From: an uncultured Planctomycetaceae bacterium
Lineage (GTDB): Bacteria > Planctomycetota > Planctomycetia > Isosphaerales > Isosphaeraceae
Direction: 5' to 3'
NCBI GenBank assembly: GCA_963833985.1
Contig: CAWIAD010000002.1
Location: 3,808,001 to 3,872,000 of the forward strand
DNA length: 64,000 nucleotides
Below the pieces are notes generated by a model. The model did no database searches and was not told where the DNA came from. It saw only the letters and a list, made by a program, of their open reading frames with translations. Positions 43,047 through 52,862 of the stretch are shown one piece after another (the first letter of the stretch is position 1; every line of letters begins with the position of its first letter). The translations under genes and the position numbers were made by a program.

Positions 43047-43133
43047 GCAGGTGGCCGCCGGCCGGGTTCTGGCTTCTGCACAGGTGGCCACCAGCCCGGT
43101 TCTGGCTTCTTCTGCACATGGTGCCACCAGCCC
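43047..43133. repeat. Short tandem repeat (about 33-36 bp, 2.5 units)
   Basis: caggtggcc(g/a)cc(g/a)gcc(g/c)ggttctggcttctgca twice plus a partial third unit. Confidence 0.65.
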
Positions 43134-43785
43134 ATCGTCTCGCGGGAAGCCCTCAGGCTGCGGGTGGATTTGCAAGCACACGGCATTTCCACCGTAGACT
43201 CAATAAGACGGCAGGGCATTTGACCGCATGCCGGGCACGCATGGGCACACAAGGAGAGCGTGCCCCACGACTCTTTGACAATGCGGTGGATGGTTCGGAC
43301 CAGCGCCCGGGCCGGCGGCGCGCTGGATCCACTTTTTTGCCAGGCATGCAAGGCCGTTTGCCGGAGCAAGAGCGCCAACCTTCGCGGACGAACCCAATTC
43401 GAAAAGGCGATGCAACTCCATGTGAATCAAGGATTAACGTACGTTTTTCGTGACTCGTCAGGGTGCAAAACGAAGCCAATTCGGGAGCAGGCTGCGGCGC
43501 CTCCACCGGGGCGCGGCCGGGGATCACGCTTACCGGCTGGCGAGCAGGGGGGAGGCGGCGCAGCAGCCCTGTCAACCAGTCAGGCCGAGGAGGACTGGGA
43601 CCAGGCCGCACGTTCGGTTCACCTGCGCCGGGTGCTCGTGGGGAAGTGAGGCAGTGGTGTAGCCTTCGGCTGTGAACCCGGAAACACGACACCGGCGGCC
43701 GGTCATGTTAAGATACATTTCCGTGCGGATGCACTCCGCGGCAGCGCGGCCGGCGGGGACGCCCTCCAACTCGAAGTGCAAATCC

Positions 43786-45321
43786 ATGCTCGCCAAGCTT
43801 TTTTCCTACACGCTCATCGGTATCGACGCGGCCCCAGTGGAGGTCGAGGTCGACGTCTCGGCCTCGTCGATGCCCAAGACCGTGCTGGTGGGCCTGGCGG
43901 AAGCGGCGGTCAAGGAGAGCACCCACCGCGTCGAGCGCGCCATTGTGAATTCGGGCTTCCGCCGGCCGACCGACCGGATCGTCATCAACCTCGCCCCGGC
44001 CGACGTCAAGAAGGATGCCAACGGCTTCGACTTGCCGATCGCGCTGGGGTTGCTGCTGGGCAGTGCGCAGGTGGCGTATGACCGACCCGGAAACTTCGCG
44101 ATCGTCGGCGAGCTGGCGCTCACCGGCGAGACGCGCCCGGTGAAGGGGATCCTCTCGATGGCCCTCCAGGCGGTGATCGAGGGCCGCGACGGCATCCTTG
44201 TTCCCACGGCCAACGCCTCGGAGGCCGCCGTGGTCGAGGGGCTGAGCGTCTATCCCGTGGGCAGCCTCGCCGAGGCCGTCGCCTTCCTCTCCGGCCAGGT
44301 CGACATGGACCCGGAATCCGTCGACCTGGAGGAGCTCTTCGCCCAGCACTCGCACCTGGACGAGGACTTCGTCGACGTGAAGGGCCAGGACTACGCCAAG
44401 CGGGCCCTGCTGATCGCCGCGGCCGGCTGCCACAACGTGCTCATGATCGGTCCGCCGGGCACCGGCAAGACGCTCCTGGCCAAGCGCCTGCCCACGATCC
44501 TGCCCCCGCTCACGCCAGGCGAGAGCCTGGAGACCACCCGCATCTACAGCGCGATGGGAAGGCTTCAGCCGGGTCAGTCGCTCATGGCCGTGCGCCCGTT
44601 CTGCACGCCGCACCACTCGATCAGCGACGCGGGACTGGTGGGCGGCGGCAATCCGCCCCAGCCCGGACAGATCTCCATGGCCCACAAGGGCGTGCTCTTC
44701 CTCGACGAGATGCCCGAGTTCAACCGCAAGACGCTGGAGGTGCTCCGTCAGCCGCTGGAGGAGGGCAAGGTCACCATCAGCCGGGCGATGAACAGCTCGA
44801 CCTTCCCCGCCGACTTCATCCTGGTCGCCGCCATGAACCCGTGCCCATGCGGCTACAGGTCGGATCCCCGCCGGGCTTGCTCATGCACTCCGCCGCAAGT
44901 GGAAAAATACCTCAGCAAGATCTCCGGTCCGCTCCTGGATCGCATCGATCTGCACGTGGAGGTGCCGGCGGTCCCCTTCACGCAGCTTGCCGAGATGCCG
45001 CCGGGTCCGCCCTCGAGCGACTTCCGCGCCCAGGTGCTGGCCGCGCGCGAGCGGCAAACGAAGCGGTTCGGCCACAAGGGGACGCAGGTCAACGGCCGGA
45101 TGACCCCGCGCCAGATCAGGAAAGTGTGCCAGCTTCGGCCCGAGGCGATGTCCATCTTGAAGGCGGCCATGGAAGAGCTGGGCCTCTCCGCACGTGCTCA
45201 CGACAAGATCCTGCGGGTGGCGCGGACCATCGCCGACCTGGAAGACTCCGCCGAGATCCAGCCCCAGCACATCGCCGAGGCGGTGGGATATCGGTCGCTC
45301 GACCGCAGCGTGTGGATGTGA
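43786..45321 (+). CDS. comM: YifB/ComM Mg-chelatase-like AAA+ ATPase, intact copy
   Basis: [60 protein letters not shown]. Confidence 0.95.
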   Translation: MLAKLFSYTLIGIDAAPVEVEVDVSASSMPKTVLVGLAEAAVKESTHRVERAIVNSGFRRPTDRIVINLAPADVKKDANGFDLPIALGLLLGSAQVAYDRPGNFAIVGELALTGETRPVKGILSMALQAVIEGRDGILVPTANASEAAVVEGLSVYPVGSLAEAVAFLSGQVDMDPESVDLEELFAQHSHLDEDFVDVKGQDYAKRALLIAAAGCHNVLMIGPPGTGKTLLAKRLPTILPPLTPGESLETTRIYSAMGRLQPGQSLMAVRPFCTPHHSISDAGLVGGGNPPQPGQISMAHKGVLFLDEMPEFNRKTLEVLRQPLEEGKVTISRAMNSSTFPADFILVAAMNPCPCGYRSDPRRACSCTPPQVEKYLSKISGPLLDRIDLHVEVPAVPFTQLAEMPPGPPSSDFRAQVLAARERQTKRFGHKGTQVNGRMTPRQIRKVCQLRPEAMSILKAAMEELGLSARAHDKILRVARTIADLEDSAEIQPQHIAEAVGYRSLDRSVWM

Positions 45322-45341
45322 TGGTCGGGCAGGCAGACGAC

Positions 45342-45350
45342 TGTTAGAAT
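45342..45350 (+). promoter_or_regulatory. Extended -10 promoter candidate for the TA pair
   Basis: TGtTAGAAT 25 bp upstream of the relE-like ATG, followed by GAAGGAG. Confidence 0.45.
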
Positions 45351-45374
45351 TCAGGAAGGAGAGTGAGTCTCGGA

Positions 45375-45659
45375 ATGCCCTACGAGATCCGTTACTCGAA
45401 CGAGGCAGTCGAGCAACTCAGGAGGCTCAGGGTCTTCGACCGAACCGCGATTCTCGATCAGATAGAGCAGGTTCTGAGAGTAAATCATACGATCGTGAAC
45501 AAGTCGCGAGTCAAGCAGCTTCGCGAGCCCGCACCGACTCAATATCGACTTCGGGTCGGCGAGTTCCGCGTCTTCTACGCCGTGGCAGAAGAGGCCGTCC
45601 TCATCATTCAGGTGTTCAGCAAGCAAGATTCGATCGACTACCTCGGAGAATCGCCATGA
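45375..45659 (+). CDS. RelE/ParE family toxin
   Basis: YEIRYSNEA...YRLRVGEFRVFY. Confidence 0.85.
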   Translation: MPYEIRYSNEAVEQLRRLRVFDRTAILDQIEQVLRVNHTIVNKSRVKQLREPAPTQYRLRVGEFRVFYAVAEEAVLIIQVFSKQDSIDYLGESP

Positions 45660-45910
45660 CCACACAGCCTGTCAGTGATCCGAATACGCCGATCGGCGAC
45701 ATCATCAAGGCCGCTGGCTCGCAGGGGATCGTGTTTGAATCCGAGGGTCAAGGGCGTTTTGCCCTCCTGCCGCTCGATGATGACGTGATCGATCTGCTCA
45801 TCGAGCGAAGTCCGAAGTTCCGCGCGGACTGTCAGGAGATCCGCGATCGTATGAACTCGGGACAGTTCCAGACTCACGAGGACCTCAAAAGGCAACTGCT
45901 TGGAGAGTGA
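45656..45910 (+). CDS. Putative antitoxin
   Basis: 84-aa acidic ORF coupled by ATGA overlap to the toxin. Confidence 0.7.
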   Translation: MTTQPVSDPNTPIGDIIKAAGSQGIVFESEGQGRFALLPLDDDVIDLLIERSPKFRADCQEIRDRMNSGQFQTHEDLKRQLLGE

Positions 45911-46030
45911 CTCTGGGAGCCCCAGTGGGACTGCGCCTTGCCTCCGAAAGCTGCCCCATGACGGACACGTTCAGGGTGGGAAACAAATTCCCCAGGGTTC
46001 GCAGCCTGCGACGACAATCAGGCATGTCCC

Positions 46031-47510
46031 GAATGCCGCGAAGTTAATTTTAACTAATTGTGCCATTTGATCTTGCGCCATGGGTGAGGCTCCGGGCATC
46101 CTGTGGGAAGTACCAGGACCCACAGTTGCTGGAGGGAGCCCCACCCATGCCGCCTCGCATCATCCCTATTCTCGATCGACTGCGCCAAGATATCGCCGCG
46201 GGATTGTCCCGGGAGACGATCGAAGAAGCCTGCCGCCAGGCGAAACACCGCTGGCGGAATCGCGTTCTCGACCCCGCGACGACCATTTATCTGTTCCTTC
46301 TCCAGGTCCTTCATGGCAACACGGCTTGTCGCCACGTGGTGCACTTCGGCGCTTGGACCTTCACCGACAGCGCCTACTGCCTGGCGCGAAAGCGGCTTCC
46401 GCTGGCCGTCTTCGACTGGCTCGTGGAGCGGACCGCTGCCGCCGTGCGGACTGCTTCGGATGGCGCGCGGTGGCTCGGGCACCGAATCTGGGTCGTCGAC
46501 AGCTCCAGCTTCTCCATGCCGGACCAACCAGAACTGCAACGTCACTTCGGCCAACCCAGCGGTCAACGCAAGGGCTGTGGCTTCCCGGTGGCGAAATGGC
46601 TGGCCCTCTTCGACGTCACCACCGGCATGCTTCTGCGTTCGAGGACGGCCCCTTTGCGGACCCACGAGATGTCCCAGGTTGGCCCGATCTCCGACGGCCT
46701 GGAGCCGGGAGACATCGTGCTCGGTGACCGCGGATTTTGCTCGTATGCTCATCTGGCGATATTACTGCAACGCGGTCTGCATGCGGTTTTCCGCGTGCAC
46801 CAGCAGCAGATCGTCGATTTCACGCCGGGTCGTCCGATGGCCAGGAGGAAGGGTCCGTACCCCAGGCCGCAGGGTCTGCCGAGTTCGCGGTGGGTGTTGG
46901 CGCAGGGAACCGCAGATCAGATTGTCACATGGTTTAAATCGAAATCCCATCCGAAGTGGATGTCGGCGGATGAGTTCGAGGTGCTGCCCTCCGAGATCAC
47001 CGTGCGCGAGCTGAGGTACCGGGTCGAGACACCCGGGTATCGGGTGCGCGAAATCACGCTGGTCACGACTCTGTTAGACGCATCGACCTACCCGGCGACA
47101 GAGCTGGCCGAACTCTACTACAAGAGGTGGAGAGTCGAACTCAATTTTCGTCATATAAAGATTAGCATGAAGATGGATGTTCTGCGTTGCGAGACAGTCG
47201 AAGGGGTTCTCAAAGAGCTGGCGATTTTCAGCCTGGCGTATAACCTGGTAAGATCGGTCATGCTGGAGTCGGCACGCATGCGCGGCGTTGATCCGGATCG
47301 GATCGGCTTGATCGACGCGGTGCGCTGGCTGATCGGGTCCGAAGGGGGTTCTGAGCCCGCGCGGATCGTCATCAACCCATTGCGCCGTGGACGCGTCGAG
47401 CCCCGAGTCGTAAAGCGACGACCAAAACAATACATGCGGATGACTAGGCCCAGATCCGAACTCCGCAAACAGTTGCCAATGAAGCACTTCTGACTAACTT
47501 TGTGGCATTC
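46031..47510 (+). mobile_element. IS4 family insertion sequence
   Basis: IRs GAATGCCGCGAAGTTA / GAATGCCACAAAGTTA (14/16); 11-bp target duplication AGGCATGTCCC at 46020-46030 and 47511-47521. Confidence 0.92.
46147..47493 (+). CDS. IS4 family DDE transposase
   Basis: VVDSS, LGDRGF, YYKRWRVELNFRHIK (YREK motif), EPRVVKRRPK. Confidence 0.92.
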   Translation: MPPRIIPILDRLRQDIAAGLSRETIEEACRQAKHRWRNRVLDPATTIYLFLLQVLHGNTACRHVVHFGAWTFTDSAYCLARKRLPLAVFDWLVERTAAAVRTASDGARWLGHRIWVVDSSSFSMPDQPELQRHFGQPSGQRKGCGFPVAKWLALFDVTTGMLLRSRTAPLRTHEMSQVGPISDGLEPGDIVLGDRGFCSYAHLAILLQRGLHAVFRVHQQQIVDFTPGRPMARRKGPYPRPQGLPSSRWVLAQGTADQIVTWFKSKSHPKWMSADEFEVLPSEITVRELRYRVETPGYRVREITLVTTLLDASTYPATELAELYYKRWRVELNFRHIKISMKMDVLRCETVEGVLKELAIFSLAYNLVRSVMLESARMRGVDPDRIGLIDAVRWLIGSEGGSEPARIVINPLRRGRVEPRVVKRRPKQYMRMTRPRSELRKQLPMKHF

Positions 47511-47590
47511 AGGCATGTCCCCCTCGACCTCTCCTTCTCCGGAACGACAGAACAGAGGCGATATCCCGCCTCAAGAAATTAGCTCAGTCG

Positions 47591-47911
47591 ATGGAACAGA
47601 ACGTCAGCACCTTGAGCAGTGCCGAGAAGAAGCTTGAGGAAATTCAAGTGCGAGCAAGAGCGGCGGCTCAAATCCTCAATCGACTCGCTGCGGCCCTCGA
47701 ACTTTCCAATAAGCTTGGAGGGGGCGGCTTTTTCGGAAATTATCTGCTCTTGAACCAATTTGACGCAATGCAGTTGTCCAGTAATGTGAGAACTATTGCC
47801 ACGGATGCAAACAACAAGCTTGAGGAAGTCGGGCGCGTTCTCCCTCAAGAAAGGCAACGCCTGAACAATCTGAAGACCAATCTTAGGACAATTTTTAATA
47901 TTGACATATAA
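47591..47911 (+). CDS. Hypothetical helical protein, AT-rich, possibly N-truncated
   Basis: 106-aa ORF visibly lower in GC than its flanks; frame stays open upstream to the IS end. Confidence 0.5.
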   Translation: MEQNVSTLSSAEKKLEEIQVRARAAAQILNRLAAALELSNKLGGGGFFGNYLLLNQFDAMQLSSNVRTIATDANNKLEEVGRVLPQERQRLNNLKTNLRTIFNIDI

Positions 47912-47942
47912 TAACATGCCTAAGACAGGTCTTGCGTGGAGG

Positions 47943-48422
47943 CTAGGGAATCATCGGCCCGATGGGGCCGGGCCTAAACACACTGCGAAGGATCGCCACA
48001 ACCTCCTCGCCGGTCACCTCGCGGCGGTCCAGGCGTAGCAGGGCGTCGGCCAGCGCCTCAACATGTCGCCAGTACATCTCCAGGTACAAGGCGGTCCGAG
48101 CGGCCATCCGATCGAGATAGGACTCAACCCCCTCCCGCCCGGCATGCGGGATGAGATAGATCAGCCCGGCGAGGTCCGCCGGGTTGAGGTGCTTGCGCGG
48201 GCAGCGTCCCCGGAAACGAGATTCCGCAAGCTCCCCGGCGAGGGAGATCAGGGCCTCCCGCTCGGCGAGAGCGCGGCACCTCGGTTCTCGGAGATCGAGG
48301 TCGGTGGGGAGAGGGGACAGCACGACGCATCCGGCCTCTACCCTGTACTTCGGGTCGGCCCCCAATCCGTTCGCGACGTCGGGTAACAGCGAGATCACGC
48401 TGCAAAGTTCTGGGGACGCCAT
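47943..48422 (-). CDS. Hypothetical protein resembling a stand-alone peptidase M41 C-terminal fold
   Basis: ALISLAGELAE...WRHVEALADALL...VTGEEVVAIL; no HExxH seen; start uncertain. Confidence 0.5.
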   Translation of the reverse strand: MASPELCSVISLLPDVANGLGADPKYRVEAGCVVLSPLPTDLDLREPRCRALAEREALISLAGELAESRFRGRCPRKHLNPADLAGLIYLIPHAGREGVESYLDRMAARTALYLEMYWRHVEALADALLRLDRREVTGEEVVAILRSVFRPGPIGPMIP

Positions 48423-48962
48423 ACCCAATTCGATCACGCTGGAATCGACCGAGTCAGGATCGTCACCAGTAGAGCATGCGGTGAACGCCCGCACCTCTCC
48501 GCTTCGCAAGCGCACTCCGGCCGACGTCAAGAAGGATGCCAACGGCTTCGACTTGCCCATCGCGCTGGGGTTGCTGCTGGGCAGTGCGCAGGTGGCCTAT
48601 GACCGCCCCGGAAACTTCGCGATCGTCGGCGAGCTGGCCCTTACCGGCGAGACGCGCCCTGTGAAGGGGATCCTCTCGATGGCCCTCCAGGCGGTGATCG
48701 AGGGCCGCGACGGCATCCTGGTCCCCACGGCCAACGCCTCGGAGGCCGCCGTGGTCGAGGGGCTGAGCGTCTATCCCGTGGACAGCCTCGCCGAGGCCGT
48801 CGCCTTCCTCTCCGGCCAGGTCGACATGGACCCGGAATCCGTCGACCTGGAGGAGCTCTTCGCCCAGCACTCGCACATGGACGAGGACTTCGTCGACGTG
48901 AAGGGCCAGGACTACGCCAAGCGGGCCCTGCTGATCGCCGCGGCCGGCTGCCACAACGTGCT

Positions 48963-49170
48963 AACATTGTGGTCGATTACACCCTCTCTGGTTGATTCGT
49001 TCTGGAGATCAGCAATGGACCTTCTGTTTTTCTTGGCGTGTGCCGTTCTCGGTGCTGGGTCTCTCGTTTCCCACTCGCTTTTGCGAATTGCGAAGGCGTT
49101 GGAAGAGAGGAATCGGCTCGAAAGTCGGCAGACGCAGCCGTGATGTCAATACTGGCGGCTGCAACCTGCT
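48963..49170. mobile_element. 208-bp mini integrative element inserted at the HNVL|MIG codons of comM
   Basis: Absent from the intact copy; CAACnTGCT at both junctions; inverted symmetry around the CT dinucleotide. Confidence 0.65.
49015..49143 (+). CDS. 42-aa single-TM peptide inside the mini element
   Basis: MDLLFFLACAVLGAGSLVSHSLLRIAKALEERNRLESRQTQP; GGAG RBS at 49004-49007. Confidence 0.55.
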   Translation: MDLLFFLACAVLGAGSLVSHSLLRIAKALEERNRLESRQTQP

Positions 49171-50097
49171 CATGATCGGTCCGCCGGGCACCGGCAAGAC
49201 GCTGCTGGCCAAGCGCCTGCCCACGATCCTGCCGCCCCTCACGCCCGGCGAGAGCCTGGAGACCACCCGCATCTACAGCGCGATGGGGCGGCTCCAGCCG
49301 GGTCAGTCGCTCATGGCCGTGCGCCCCTTCTGCACTCCGCACCACTCGATCAGCGATGCGGGGCTGGTGGGCGGCGGCAATCCGCCCCAGCCCGGACAGA
49401 TCTCCATGGCCCACAAGGGCGTGCTCTTCCTCGACGAGATGCCCGAGTTCAACCGCAAGACCCTGGAGGTGCTCCGTCAGCCGCTGGAGGAGGGGAAGGT
49501 CACCATCAGCCGGGCGATGAACAGCTCGACCTTCCCCGCCGACTTCATCCTGGTCGCCGCCATGAACCCGTGCCCCTGCGGATACCGCTCCGATCCCCGC
49601 CGGGCTTGCTCGTGCACTCCGCCGCAAGTGGAAAAATACCTCAGCAAGATCTCCGGCCCGCTGCTGGATCGCATCGACCTGCACGTGGAGGTGCCCGCCG
49701 TCCCCTTCACGCAGCTTGCCGAGATGCCGCCGGGTCCGCCCTCGAGCGACTTCCGCGCCCAGGTGCTGGCCGCGCGCGAGCGGCAAACGAAGCGGTTCGG
49801 CCACAAGGGCCCCCAGGTCAATGGCCGCATGACTCCGCGGCAGCTTCGCAAGCTGTGTGCCCTCAAGCCAGAGGCGATGACGATCCTCAAGGCCGCCATG
49901 GAGGAGCTCGGCTTATCGGCGCGCGCTCACGACAAGGTGCTGCGCGTGGACCGCACCATTGCCGACCTGGAAGACTCCGCCGAGATCCAGCCCCAGCACA
50001 TCGCCGAAGCGGTCGGCTACAGGTCGCTCGACCGCAGCGTGTGAATGTAGAATTGTGTTCGGAACCGAGGTCTTCCCGTACAGAGGAGCGCTCGCTG

Positions 50098-50391
50098 ATG
50101 GCAACCGGACAGAGCTTACAGCGCGATACGTCGAGTGAACTGGCCATCTTCGCGCGGTTGATCAGGGCCGACGCTTCCCACCTCTCGCGCAACCTGGCCC
50201 GCTACATCCTCACACTCGGTTTCGATGCCGCGGATCAAAATAGGATGACGGATCTGGCGGAGCGGAACCAGGCTGGCACCTTGTCCGGAGAGGGGAAGGC
50301 AGAACTGGAGCATTTCGTCAAAGCGGGACACTTGTTAGCCCTGCTGCACTCGAAGGCCAGAATCGCCTTGAAAGTCAAGAGGACGAAATGA
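50098..50391 (+). CDS. Small hypothetical protein, putative antitoxin-like partner of an HNH nuclease
   Basis: 97 aa, GAGGAG RBS, R..DLAERNQAGTLS....AELE pattern; directly upstream of the HNH ORF. Confidence 0.65.
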   Translation: MATGQSLQRDTSSELAIFARLIRADASHLSRNLARYILTLGFDAADQNRMTDLAERNQAGTLSGEGKAELEHFVKAGHLLALLHSKARIALKVKRTK

Positions 50392-50398
50392 GGCCGCC

Positions 50399-50540
50399 AT
50401 GGAGTCATCGCTCGCTCGAGAGGTGAGGGAGCGAGCATGGCACGCCTGTGAGTACTGCCGGATGCCCCAGTCTTGTTATCCGACGGTTCCGTTTCCCATC
50501 GACCATATCGTCGCCCGCCAGCACGGTGGTGAGACCACGA
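50399..50540 (+). pseudogene. Truncated HNH endonuclease
   Basis: VRERA..ACEYC...IDHIVARQHGGET, then no N..LAC..CN half. Confidence 0.7.
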
Positions 50541-51108
50541 AAGTGCTCCGACATGAGGCAATTGACCGAGGACACTGGGTGTCCAGGGCAAATGGGGCCA
50601 GCCCATCGTTTTCCAGAAACATGGATCGGAAGAAATTGTTCTCATATGCCATTATCGGAGTCGTGTCAGTATGCCCCGAGCACGCTCGGAAATCGTCTGC
50701 CTCCATGACGCCAGTGCGTGTTTCTGGCAGGGACTGGTCGAACTCAGCGGCTACCCGAACGCCTACCGGCGTCTTTTCGACAGGTTCGACCGCGAGGCCA
50801 CGCTTCTCGCATTCAGTGCTGGCTCGCGGAGGCTGGCTTACGCGACGTTCGAGCCATCCCTCTGCTCCAACCGGATGGGCCCGGCTCCTCGCCCAGGCTG
50901 ACACAGGGCGCGCGAGCTGAGATTGGGAGCGCGTCGCCCGAGGGGCAAGCAGGACCCCGCAATCAACGGCCACGGCCTGGGCATCGGCCGTGCCGAGGGG
51001 GAGTCGCACGGATGGGCGGCTCTGCTTATCATGGGAAAGACCCGGGGACGTACTGCCCGCCGAATCGTCGCGGGCTCGATGTCGCGGAGAGGAAGAGACG
51101 AGGTGCTC

Positions 51109-52810
51109 ATGCCACTGCTGGTCCGCCGACTCGCCGTAACGCTCGCTGCCGCCATCCTGCTCACAGGCGCCGCACCGCCGAGGGAGGGTCCGCTCGCGGA
51201 CGCACTCCAATCCGTCTCGCCCGAGGCGATCCTGCGGCACATCAAGGTGCTTGCCGGCGACGAGTACGAAGGCCGGGGGCCCGGCACAGCGGGCGAGGAG
51301 AAGACCATTGCCTACCTGACCGGGAAGCTCCGGTCGATGGGGCTGAAGCCGGGGAATCCGGACGGCAGCTTCCTCCAGAATGTGCCGCTTGTGGGGTTTC
51401 AGAGCACGCGCGTCGCCGGCTCTTTCCAGGCGGGCGGGCGAACCATCGCGCTGGAGTTCCCCAGGAACTTTGTCGCGATGCCGGGAAAGGCCGGCGAGGA
51501 GCCGAGGATCAATGGCTCGGAGGTCGTCTTCGTGGGCTACGGAGTCGTGGCCCCGGAGTATGATTGGGATGATTACAAGGGGCTCGACGTCCGGGGCAAG
51601 ACCATCCTCATGCTTGTGGGCGACCCGCCGGTCCCCGACCCCAAGGATCCCTCGAAGCTTGATCCCGGCCTGTTCAAGGGCCCGGCAATGACTTATTACG
51701 GCCGCTGGACGTACAAGTACGAGATCGCCGCCAGGCTGGGGGCGGCTGCCGCCATCATCGTCCACGAGGATGGTCCGGCCGGCTACCCGTTCTCGGTGGT
51801 CCAGGGAAGCTGGAGCCGCGAGAACTTCGATATCGTCGCCTCGCCGTCCAGCGCACCGGCGGCGGTTGTTCCGGTCAGAGGCTGGATCGACTCGCCCACG
51901 GCCAGAACCCTCTGCCAGGCAACCGGCCACGACCTGCCAGAGCTCAAGAGTGCGGCGATCCGCCGCGACTTCCGACCCGTTCCCCTGAGCGCCAGCGCCC
52001 GGTTCGAGATCGACGCCAGGACACGCCAGGTCCAGTCGCACAACGTGGTCGCCAGGCTGGAGGGCTCCGACCCTCAGCTCAAGGACCAGTACGTGATCTT
52101 CACGGCCCACTGGGACCACCTGGGCATCGACCCCAATCTCGAAGGAGACCAGATCTACAACGGCGCGGCCGACAACGCCTCGGGGACGGCCGCGGTGCTC
52201 GAAGATCGCCGGGGCCTTCACGCACGTCCGGCCGGCGCCCGGCGCTCGCTTCTTTTCCTGTTCGTGACCGCAGAGGAGAAAGGCCTTCTGGGGTCGAAGT
52301 ACTACGCCAGTGCCCCGCTCTACCCGCTCGAAGCGCACACTCGCGGACATCAACCTGGACGTGGTCAACCTCTGGGGCAAGACCACCGACCTGATCAGCA
52401 TCGGCATGGGCCAGTCCGAGCTGGATGACCTGATCGTGGACGTGGCGCGGGGACGTGGTCGAACGGTCGGGCCCGACGCGGAGCCCGAGAAGGGCTACTA
52501 CTACCGCTCCGACCATTTCGAGTTTGCCAAACAGGGCGTCCCGGCGCTCGACCCCAAGAGCGGGCGTCACTACATTGACAGGCCCGCCAACTACGCGAAG
52601 CGGAAGCAGGATGAGTACACCGAGAAGAACTATCACAAGGTGAGCGACGAGGTGAAGCCCGACTGGGACCTGGCCGGCGCGGCCGAGGACGCGAAGGTGA
52701 TCCTCGAGGTGGGCTATCGCGTGGCGCAGGGCGATCGCTTTCCGGAGTGGAAGCCCGACAGTGAGTTCCGCGCGCGTCGCGAGGCCATGCTCCAGGCCCG
52801 GCCGCATTGA
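51109..52810 (+). CDS. M28 family metallopeptidase with PA domain (indels near 52200-52335)
   Basis: Signal peptide; [36 protein letters not shown]. Confidence 0.9.
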
Positions 52811-52862
52811 CGACGATGTGCGCGACTCGCTTCAGAAGCAGAACCACGGGGAGGGTGCTCGC

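Larger units (their letters stand above)
48517..50044 (+). pseudogene. comM: Second comM copy, 5'-truncated (starts at PAD of NLAPAD) and interrupted by a 208-bp insert
   Basis: Near-identical to 43996-45321; insert at 48963-49170; ends GTG TGA where the first copy has GTG TGG ATG TGA. Confidence 0.9.

Noticed and set aside
43047..43133. Possible CRISPR array
   Set aside because: Units are adjacent without unique spacers, there are fewer than three, and no cas genes are present.
43640..43710. tRNA-like stretch
   Set aside because: No T-loop GTTCRA and no cloverleaf pairing.
45958..47911. Single gene split by the IS4 element
   Set aside because: After removing the IS by hand, the ATG at 45958 is not in frame with the 47591 ORF.
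48184..49143. 319-aa ORF suggesting a novel ComM-membrane peptide fusion
   Set aside because: Read-through across two junctions with no credible start; better explained as a comM fragment plus the insert's own peptide.
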